34,845 nt of DNA from a virus. The notes beneath the pieces are model-generated. The model did not search any database, was not told the DNA's origin, and saw only the letters and a list, made by a program, of their open reading frames with translations. Numbering within the stretch: the stretch's first letter is position 1; the number at the start of each line of letters is the position of its first letter. The position numbers were made by a program, and so were the translations under genes. Location: IMG/VR virus record IMGVR_UViG_3300000117_000006, one strand, 5' to 3'. Below, in pieces: positions 14,896 to 22,344 of the stretch.

Positions 14896-15147
14896 TTTAT
14901 TTTTGTAACTGCTTGATTTTCATTGAAAATGAGTTTAAATAGGTGGGGCAGTCTTTACCTACACCCTCACAAAGCCATTTTAAGCCCCTTTTAAGCGCGT
15001 TTTAAGTTTATTTGGTATATAACTATAGGGGCGATAATTTAACGGCTTTATATGGACTCTGACGGAAAGGATGGCAACCAAGCTAATTAACCTACACTCT
15101 CTACAAGTGGTCTTTAGAACTGCCAATGTGAATTCAATAGGGTTATT
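14896..15147. other. ORF-free repeat-rich region (regulatory, origin-like or ncRNA candidate)
   Basis: There is no ORF longer than 20 codons on either strand. TTTTAAG occurs at 14978, 14989 and 15000, an exact 11-bp phasing. ACCTACAC(C/T)CTC..ACAAG occurs at 14957 and 15089. Confidence 0.5.
15111..15123 (-). repeat. TCTTTAGAACTGC, the reverse complement of the promoter core GCAGTTCTAAA (left flank of ORF 15172..15393)
   Basis: This 13-mer is identical to 15396-15408. Its reverse complement matches 12005-12015 and 12478-12488. Confidence 0.85.
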
Positions 15148-15180
15148 GTGTATCTTTACAATGTGAATCTAATGGGTATA
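15125..15180 (+). repeat. Two further AATTCAATA-type boxes (CAATGTGAATTCAATAGGGTTAT and degenerate CAATGTGAATCTAATGGGTATAT)
   Basis: 15127-15139 equals 13470-13482 (TGTGAATTCAATA). 15131-15143 equals 13489-13501 (AATTCAATAGGGT). Confidence 0.8.
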
Positions 15181-15393
15181 TTTGACACGATGCAGTACGA
15201 TGCTTTCCAATGGTGTATTGAGAACGGCATAAAGGTATATTGCCTCCCAAAAAAAAGGAATGATAAGCTATATGCTATCGAAGTTTATAACGATGGTAAT
15301 ATAACTACAAGCGAGAAGATTTATAAGAAGGATGAGGTAGATACTAAAATATGGGAGCTATATGTCCATATGTACTTGAAATACAACACATAA
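15172..15393 (+). CDS. Hypothetical protein (73 aa)
   Basis: The ORF-track frame 15148..15393 starts at a GTG. The in-frame ATG at 15172 is the more likely start. Confidence 0.55.
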   Translation: MGIFDTMQYDAFQWCIENGIKVYCLPKKRNDKLYAIEVYNDGNITTSEKIYKKDEVDTKIWELYVHMYLKYNT

Positions 15394-15395
15394 GC

Positions 15396-15408
15396 TCTTT
15401 AGAACTGC
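15396..15408 (-). repeat. TCTTTAGAACTGC, second inverted copy of the promoter core (right flank of ORF 15172..15393)
   Basis: It starts 3 nt after the TAA at 15391-15393 and is identical to 15111-15123. Confidence 0.85.
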
Positions 15409-15420
15409 TAAAATGGCACA

Positions 15421-15505
15421 CATATAATATATAGTTTATTATTAGTAGTATAACTGTATATAGTAATATGAGTAACTATATGTAGAGTATAACTATATAT
15501 ATCTC
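15421..15505 (+). repeat. A/T-rich cluster of AACTATAT-type repeats upstream of the structural operon
   Basis: TAACTGTATATAG at 15451, AACTATATG at 15474, AACTATATA at 15491, and inverted ATATAGTT at 15429-15436. The motif and layout match 3793-3885. Confidence 0.6.
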
Positions 15506-15567
15506 TCTGCCGTTATGGCATCTGTAAACGAATAGATACAATAATTTAGAATGTAATTACTTTAAAT

Positions 15568-16260
15568 ATGAAGAAAATAGAATTAGAAGTGCCATCCTCT
15601 TTGGAGTCTATAACTTTAGGTCAGTATCAACGATACTTAAAAGTTGCAGACCAGAATAAAGGTGAGGAGTACAATGATTTTCTGAATAAGAAGCTCGTTG
15701 AAATATTTTGTGATGTTGACCTTAATGAGGTGGAGCAAATACCCTTTGTAGAATTCGAGAAGGTATTAGTTATTATACAAGAAGCCTTCGAGAAGAAATG
15801 GGGACTAACTAAAAGGTTTAAGCTCCTAGATGTTGATATGGGGTTTATACCAAAACTAGATGATATGAGTCTAGGAGAGTATGTTGATGTAGAGAGCTCC
15901 ATTGGTGATTGGCAAGATATGCACAAAGCGATGGCTGTACTGTTTAGACCTGTCAACTTCAGTCAGAAAGATAAATATACCATTGCTCCATATAGTCCTA
16001 GTGAAGAAGTCAAGGAACTGATGAAAGAAATGCCATTAAGTGTTGTGATGGGAGCTGTGGTTTTTTTTTACAATTTAGGGATCGAGTTATCGAGGGCTTC
16101 CCTGAACTTTTTGGAGATGGAAGTGAAACGAGCCAAGACCTCTCACCTCAAGGAGGCTTTGGAGCAAAATGGGGTTGGTATCAGTCAATTTATGGACTCG
16201 CTAAAGGAGACATCACAAAATTTGACGCAGTTACAGAAGAACCCCTTTACAAGTGTTTAA
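15568..16260 (+). CDS. Structural-module protein of unknown role (230 aa), weak tail assembly chaperone candidate
   Basis: ORF track. It is acidic and helical and is the first gene of the long late operon. Confidence 0.3.
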   Translation: MKKIELEVPSSLESITLGQYQRYLKVADQNKGEEYNDFLNKKLVEIFCDVDLNEVEQIPFVEFEKVLVIIQEAFEKKWGLTKRFKLLDVDMGFIPKLDDMSLGEYVDVESSIGDWQDMHKAMAVLFRPVNFSQKDKYTIAPYSPSEEVKELMKEMPLSVVMGAVVFFYNLGIELSRASLNFLEMEVKRAKTSHLKEALEQNGVGISQFMDSLKETSQNLTQLQKNPFTSV

Positions 16261-16327
16261 TGTATTTAGTATTTGAGAAGGAGAAAAACGAACTAGAAGC
16301 AAAGATGATTAAAAACTCTATGAAACG

Positions 16328-16810
16328 ATGAAAGAGTATTACGACTTAATAGACAATATCCACGAAACCCTTATAGCGGACAATTCTATCAATACTGTTA
16401 CTTCAGGTGATATATTTGATGTTGATTTGGCAAAACAAACAATATTCCCATTAGCCCACCTAATAATATCTGATATTGAATTTGGTCAAGGATTAATGAC
16501 TTTCTCCATTAATGTTATTGTGATGGATATAGTTGATGAGTATAAAGAAAGTAAACAAACTACAGATACCCCACAATACCTATCGGATAACAAGCAGGAT
16601 GTACTAAACACCATGCTATCTGTTATAAATAGATTACAAGGATCTGTTCGTCAAGGTTCGCTAAACGATGAGGGTTACGAAATATCAGGATCTCCAACAG
16701 CTAGTCAGTTTGAAGATAGATTTGAGAACCTACTTACTGGTTGGTCACTTACGATGAGCATTGAGATGAGAAATGATAATGTAACATTTGGAGGTACTAA
16801 CTGTGATTAA
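16328..16810 (+). CDS. Virion neck / tail-completion candidate (160 aa)
   Basis: ORF track. Size and position only, plus a weak similarity of the pattern KQTIFPLAHLIISDIEF to tail-terminator-type proteins. Confidence 0.3.
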   Translation: MKEYYDLIDNIHETLIADNSINTVTSGDIFDVDLAKQTIFPLAHLIISDIEFGQGLMTFSINVIVMDIVDEYKESKQTTDTPQYLSDNKQDVLNTMLSVINRLQGSVRQGSLNDEGYEISGSPTASQFEDRFENLLTGWSLTMSIEMRNDNVTFGGTNCD

Positions 16811-17381
16811 CAAATTCAAGAATACTAAATCCTATCTAGACAACTTCTCACAGGAGGTTGCTAAACTATTGAGAATTGAAATTGGGAGGAATAGAAAGAG
16901 ACGTTCTATGAATCCTAGAGGAAAGAATATAACAGCCCCTATTGATTCATCTGGGAGGTTAAGAGAAAGTATATCTGTAGAAAGCAAAGAGGGAAATAAT
17001 AATGCAATCTACAATATAGAAGCCCTGTCTTATGGTTTAGCTGTAGATAAAGGTAGAAAGCCCAATCAGAAACCTCCACCAGTAGATGAAATAGCTAATT
17101 GGATAAAAAGAAAACCTGTAAGGCTACGAGACGCTAAAGGTAGGATAGTATCTAGAGACGATAAGAAGATAATGAATTTAGCTGGTGTTATAGCTCGCTC
17201 TATAGGATTTTATGGTACATCCCCCACTAATTTCATTTCGGAGGCTCTAGAGGCTTCTATGGGGAAACTAGATGCTCTTGGAAGTGCGGTAGGACAAGAT
17301 GTGATGGAAAACGTAGAGGACATTTTGCTTAAAGCAGGTTACATTAAAAAGGGAGATAATTACGAAATAATAAAACAATAA
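16788..17381 (+). CDS. Head-tail joining candidate (HK97 gp10-like), 197 aa
   Basis: APIDSSGRLRESISVE ... LSYGLAVDKGRKP resembles the gp10-type pattern. The start is TTG 16788 or GTG 16803 (8-nt overlap). Confidence 0.35.
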   Translation: MEVLTVINKFKNTKSYLDNFSQEVAKLLRIEIGRNRKRRSMNPRGKNITAPIDSSGRLRESISVESKEGNNNAIYNIEALSYGLAVDKGRKPNQKPPPVDEIANWIKRKPVRLRDAKGRIVSRDDKKIMNLAGVIARSIGFYGTSPTNFISEALEASMGKLDALGSAVGQDVMENVEDILLKAGYIKKGDNYEIIKQ

Positions 17382-18787
17382 TGTCTTTAGATAAACTTAT
17401 ACCACAAAAAATAAACGTAAGAAGTCCATTCTTTATTACAGTAACAAATGAAGGAGCTCCAGACTTATCTGTTGATTGTCCAGTTGATGTTTCAGCCACG
17501 CCTGTAAATATACCAAGTCCTACAAATGATCCAACACCACAGCCAGAATATGTGCAACCTGACCAATTAACTGAATATGTATATTGTGGAGATACCGTAA
17601 ATATAGGTGAAGATGTTGGTGTAAAAACATACGTTTTAGAAGTCGGAAAGGTAACAGGTAATGTAACCATAGATTATAGAGTTAACATACCTGTAACTAT
17701 AGTTGCATTCTGGAATGCTCCAATACCTGGATTACAAAACACAGGTTATGTAGGGAATAGTGATTTTGAGCAAGATTTAATAGATGCAGGAATAAGTAAT
17801 ACTAGTAATTTAGCTAGTGGAGAACAGACAGGTACAATAACCATCAATAAAACCGCAGAAACCCCAGAAACAGTAGAAATTGTTGTGGGAGCTCCAATAC
17901 CTACAGATGATTATTCTTTAACATTTAACTGCCCTTCAGCTCCTGCTATAGTGCCTGACCCAACGCCTCCAGTATCTCAAGTATTACCTGCTTCAGGTGG
18001 AGGTAAACTTATTGAGAATATACCTATGTTTGGTTTAGGTGAAAAATTAAACAATAATGCCAAAATCAAATTAACAGTAAATGGAAATACAGTTGCTGAA
18101 AATATGAGTACAAATAAACTGTATTATTTTTCAGATTATGATCCTGTTAGTGATTTAGGAATTACAGATGGCACAGATGATATGGTTAGAGTTGTTGGAA
18201 ATACAGCTTATACATCAGCACAAAGATTTGATAAGTCCACATACTTTAGAGATGGGGTAAATGAAATTATATGGCATTTAGATGATTTATATGTTCCATC
18301 TAATAGTAAATCCAGACCTGATTTAGGAAGAAGTCAAGGCAGTGTTATTGGAGCATTTAGATGGTTTAGAGGTGGCGTATTTTATGCAAGTAACCAATGG
18401 CACTATGCAAAACCTAACACTAAACATCAAATAGGAAATAAAGTAGGATGGTATTCTAGAGGAGTTAATACTGTTACTTATGGGGAAAGAGATATAGATA
18501 CTTATTACAGAGCTAAAAGTTATTATAACAAACCCCCATTAAAAATAATATTCTATTACGATACAGGAGACACTTTTAGCGGTGACAATCCACTTATACA
18601 AAAAAGAGAATCATTAATAACACCTGACCAATATAGTTCAAAATTAATTTTTGGAGCTTCATCTGGAACTTCTAATATTGTGAGCATTCCCGGTATAGGA
18701 CTTGCCGATGGAGATTACTTTAAGCAATACAGCACAGGTATAGTCCATAGATATAATGTTTATCCGATAGCACAGGTAATTCAATAA
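17381..18787 (+). CDS. Virion structural protein (468 aa) with Pro-rich linkers
   Basis: ORF track, with TAATG coupling. Linkers PSPTNDPTPQPE and PDPTPPVSQ separate beta-rich segments. Confidence 0.45.
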   Translation: MSLDKLIPQKINVRSPFFITVTNEGAPDLSVDCPVDVSATPVNIPSPTNDPTPQPEYVQPDQLTEYVYCGDTVNIGEDVGVKTYVLEVGKVTGNVTIDYRVNIPVTIVAFWNAPIPGLQNTGYVGNSDFEQDLIDAGISNTSNLASGEQTGTITINKTAETPETVEIVVGAPIPTDDYSLTFNCPSAPAIVPDPTPPVSQVLPASGGGKLIENIPMFGLGEKLNNNAKIKLTVNGNTVAENMSTNKLYYFSDYDPVSDLGITDGTDDMVRVVGNTAYTSAQRFDKSTYFRDGVNEIIWHLDDLYVPSNSKSRPDLGRSQGSVIGAFRWFRGGVFYASNQWHYAKPNTKHQIGNKVGWYSRGVNTVTYGERDIDTYYRAKSYYNKPPLKIIFYYDTGDTFSGDNPLIQKRESLITPDQYSSKLIFGASSGTSNIVSIPGIGLADGDYFKQYSTGIVHRYNVYPIAQVIQ

Positions 18788-18794
18788 TAAAAAG

Positions 18795-19964
18795 ATGAGT
18801 ACATTAAAGTCAGCAAAAATAGATATATATATATACGATTCTGGTAACCCACCTGTATCCCCACAATACTCTATATCTAAAAACATATTATCAGGAGAAT
18901 CAACTATAAATTTTGAATTATCTGAACTCATAAAAGACTATGTTGATGTGCAATTTCTTGGTGATTATGGTAGTGCCAAAATATCTAAAATGGTTGATGT
19001 TCAAATTACGAGAACATTTACTGAAACTTGTGGTAATGGGACTGAAGTAACCCATACAGAAACTGCTGATAATAGATTAAAATATATAGCTTTTAGAGGT
19101 TATGGAGAGATGGAGGATAGAAATGAATATGAAGATTCTCCTTACTATGATTCTAACATAAATCCTACTGTAGGAAAAGATATCCTTATAAGTAACAGTG
19201 TTATATATCATCTAAAAGATCAACCCATTAGAATACCGTTTTATAATGGACAAGATGGAGTTCATAAAGTTCAATATAAAAAAGATGTAACGACTGTTAA
19301 GTCTGTTATTCTTGGAGGATCAACAGAAAAAGTTGGTGCTGACAGAGAGGATATAAAAGCGGATGTGGATGTTGGAGCTTCTCAAGAATATACAGCAGAT
19401 ATGACTCATATTAGAAACAATTCGTCTGCAGGTACATCTAAAGAGGAATTAGAATTTCAAGAAGTAAATTTTGTCACCTACAATAATCATAAGGGATTTG
19501 AACAACAAATACCTATAGAAATAATAGACGAATGTAAACACACTCCGTTTAGAGTAACATTCGTAAATAAATTTGGTGCTTTACAAGATTTATGGTTCTT
19601 TAAAAAACGTACAGATGAATTTAAAATAGAGAGAGAAGATTACAATAAAACAATACTTTCAACAGTATCTACAGGAGTAAGTTTTGATAGACATTCCCAT
19701 ACATCATCGTTGTTAGATGTTTCCACACAAGAAACATTCACACTTAACACAGGATTTGTAGGTGAAGATCATAATGAGGTAATAAGACAACTTATGGTAA
19801 CAGAATTTTGTTGGATACACGAAACCAATAATGTATCTCAAGAGCCTGTACCTGCGAAACCAATATCCTCATCTTTCATTATAAAAAAAGAAGTGAATGA
19901 TAAACTATTGAATTTTACTGTAGAATTTAAATACGCTAACAGTTACATACAAAATGTTAGGTAA
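18795..19964 (+). CDS. Virion structural protein (389 aa), tail-tip/baseplate candidate
   Basis: ORF track. Assigned by position in the structural operon only. Confidence 0.4.
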   Translation: MSTLKSAKIDIYIYDSGNPPVSPQYSISKNILSGESTINFELSELIKDYVDVQFLGDYGSAKISKMVDVQITRTFTETCGNGTEVTHTETADNRLKYIAFRGYGEMEDRNEYEDSPYYDSNINPTVGKDILISNSVIYHLKDQPIRIPFYNGQDGVHKVQYKKDVTTVKSVILGGSTEKVGADREDIKADVDVGASQEYTADMTHIRNNSSAGTSKEELEFQEVNFVTYNNHKGFEQQIPIEIIDECKHTPFRVTFVNKFGALQDLWFFKKRTDEFKIEREDYNKTILSTVSTGVSFDRHSHTSSLLDVSTQETFTLNTGFVGEDHNEVIRQLMVTEFCWIHETNNVSQEPVPAKPISSSFIIKKEVNDKLLNFTVEFKYANSYIQNVR

Positions 19965-22198
19965 TGCAGAACAAAGTACAGCTATATATAAAAAATGATA
20001 GTGGAAGCTATGATAGAGTTGATTTATACTCAAATGAGTCAATAGAACTTACTTCTAAAATACAAGATTTAAGAGATATAGGCAAAGTGTTTACCGACTT
20101 TTCTCAATCTTTTAATGTACCAGCATCTGGTACAAATAATAAAATATTTAAACACTTTTATAACTTTAATATAACAGGCGGAGCATTTGACCCTAGAAAG
20201 AAAAGGGAAGCTATTATAGAAATAAATCATCTACGATTTAAGGAAGGTAAAGTACAAATAAACAATGTTAAATTAAAAGACAATAAACCTTCCTCGTATA
20301 ATATTATATTTTATGGAAAAACAGTATCTATAAAAGATTTAATTGGAGATGATGAATTAACCGACCTTACTTATTTAGAAAATTATAACCACGAATACAG
20401 TAACACTATTGTTAAAGGAGGTTTTCAAAATGGCATTGATTTTACTGTTGATGGAGTATCTCAATCTGATGCAATTATATACCCACTTATAACATCAAAG
20501 AAAAGATTATTTTATAATTCAGATAGCTTAAATGTAAATAATGATTTTAGTGGTAATCTATATTATAGTGGGGATACTGCTTCCACACCCCACAACTTTG
20601 GTAGAGGCTTAAAATTTACTGATTTAAAACCTGCTATCAAAGCAATCCATATAATAGAAGCTATAGAGAATCAATACCCAGCAATTGCTTTTACTAGAGA
20701 CTTCTTTGGGTCATCTACGTTTAGTAATTTATACTTTTGGATAAACAACAAGAAAGGTGAATTTGACGATAGAGACGATGATGAAGGATATCTATTCACA
20801 ACAAAACTATCTGGGTTTACCTCATCAAATCCAAACCCACTAATCAATGCTGGAGCGTCTCCAATAACAGGAACTACTTTAGAATTGAATACAATAGCAA
20901 ATTCATACACCTTTGATATATCGTTTGATGTTTCTGATACATCTGTTAAGTACAATATTATAACCAGAGATATTGTTAGTGGAGAAGAAACTGTAGTAGA
21001 AAAAGTAGGTAATGCTTCTAGTGAGAGAATATTGTTAGCTCCTGTAGATAACATTACTACTAATATAGAAATAGAAATAAAATCAGAAACAGCTATAGCT
21101 TTATCTAATATATCATTAGCAACAACTTCTACAAGTTTAGCTTTTTTTGGTGGCTCTACTATAACAAATTCAACCTATACTATTTCTACATCTCCTCAAA
21201 CCTCATTTGAACTATTGTTAGATCAAAGATTCCCTACAATGAAGGTTATAGACTTCTTAACTGGGATATTTAAAATATTTAACCTTACAGCTTATTATAT
21301 AGAAGATCCTACTGATAGTGATTACGATAAAATATACGTTGATACTCTAGACAACTTCTATAGTGATGCGGTAAATAATCAACTCACTCAAACAATAATA
21401 TTAGATAAATATGTTGATATAAAACAGCACGAAGTCGAATCAACTTTACCTTTTACCGATATAGATTTTAAGTTTGAAGAGACCAATACGGTATTAATGA
21501 AAAACCACGAGAATCAGTTTGGGGAGATATTTGGTAATGGTGAATTCAACGTAAGAAGAGCATTCCCAGATATAGATAGAGGAACTAAATATGAGGTAAA
21601 AGCACCCTTCTCCCACTTTAAATATGAAAGAATATTAGACACAGGAGCAGCAGGTACAATAACAGACATACAATGGGGATATTGTGCTGGTGGTGAATTC
21701 AATTCAGATTCAAATACAGACCCTCCAACTGGTGATTATGACACTATTTCTATAAAGCCATTATTATTTTATGGAGTAAGAGAATCATCTATATCTACAG
21801 GTATAGCTTGGATAAATGGCTCCACAGATGTAGAATCTATAAGTAACTATTATAGACCTTCGAATGGGAGTGATGAAGGTGATGCTTCTACAGCTCCTAC
21901 AGTACAACTACATTTTGATAATGAAATAGATGAATGGAATAGAATAAATTACAGAGGAATTAGTAATTCATTATATAATAAATTCTATAAATCTTATGTA
22001 GAGGGAGTATTTAACGCTGCTAGAAGAATGTTTAAAATAACAGCTTATTTACCTCCAAACATTTTAGTTAATTATAGATTAAACCATCAAATTAAGATAC
22101 AAGATAAGATGTTTAGAATTAATTCAATAACAACAAACCTTATAACAGGTAAATCAGAGATTGAATTGTATAACATATTTTCTGACGATATAGTATGA
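19964..22198 (+). CDS. Large virion structural protein (744 aa), tail-tip/baseplate hub candidate
   Basis: ORF track, with TAATG coupling. The call rests on size and neighbourhood only. Confidence 0.4.
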   Translation: MQNKVQLYIKNDSGSYDRVDLYSNESIELTSKIQDLRDIGKVFTDFSQSFNVPASGTNNKIFKHFYNFNITGGAFDPRKKREAIIEINHLRFKEGKVQINNVKLKDNKPSSYNIIFYGKTVSIKDLIGDDELTDLTYLENYNHEYSNTIVKGGFQNGIDFTVDGVSQSDAIIYPLITSKKRLFYNSDSLNVNNDFSGNLYYSGDTASTPHNFGRGLKFTDLKPAIKAIHIIEAIENQYPAIAFTRDFFGSSTFSNLYFWINNKKGEFDDRDDDEGYLFTTKLSGFTSSNPNPLINAGASPITGTTLELNTIANSYTFDISFDVSDTSVKYNIITRDIVSGEETVVEKVGNASSERILLAPVDNITTNIEIEIKSETAIALSNISLATTSTSLAFFGGSTITNSTYTISTSPQTSFELLLDQRFPTMKVIDFLTGIFKIFNLTAYYIEDPTDSDYDKIYVDTLDNFYSDAVNNQLTQTIILDKYVDIKQHEVESTLPFTDIDFKFEETNTVLMKNHENQFGEIFGNGEFNVRRAFPDIDRGTKYEVKAPFSHFKYERILDTGAAGTITDIQWGYCAGGEFNSDSNTDPPTGDYDTISIKPLLFYGVRESSISTGIAWINGSTDVESISNYYRPSNGSDEGDASTAPTVQLHFDNEIDEWNRINYRGISNSLYNKFYKSYVEGVFNAARRMFKITAYLPPNILVNYRLNHQIKIQDKMFRINSITTNLITGKSEIELYNIFSDDIV

Positions 22199-22344
22199 TA
22201 AAACAGATATTAGAATTATTAGCGATAGATGACTGGTATGGAGTATCAGAGAATATTGATATTGCCAAAGGTAAATACAAGGCTTGTGCAAATATGAGTG
22301 ACGTTAAAAAACAATTAAAGAGAGTGTATTATGGCAGATACTAA
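22195..22344 (+). CDS. Hypothetical protein (49 aa)
   Basis: ATGA overlap with the 744-aa gene, and a 14-nt overlap with the tape measure start. Confidence 0.35.
   Translation: MIKQILELLAIDDWYGVSENIDIAKGKYKACANMSDVKKQLKRVYYGRY

Noticed and set aside
15085-15127. Leftward promoters at the inverted GCAGTTCTAAA copies (15111-15123 and 15396-15408)
   Set aside because: The -33-like part is good, but 16-20 nt downstream on the minus strand there is no convincing TAnnTTTG box (TAGAGAGT and TATGTGTT at best). There is also no minus-strand ORF to express. I keep it only as one hypothesis within the repeat finding.
16260-16331. 23-codon micro-ORF coupled at both ends (TAATG and ATGA) between 15568..16260 and 16328..16810, or a programmed frameshift site as in tail chaperone genes
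   Set aside because: It is too short to support. I could not identify a slippery heptamer. The neighbouring gene is not confidently a tail assembly chaperone.
2864-16371. DnaA boxes as targets for the DnaA-domain-IV-like protein
   Set aside because: There are only scattered 7/9 matches to TTATCCACA inside coding regions (near 2864 and 16363), with no cluster in any intergenic region.
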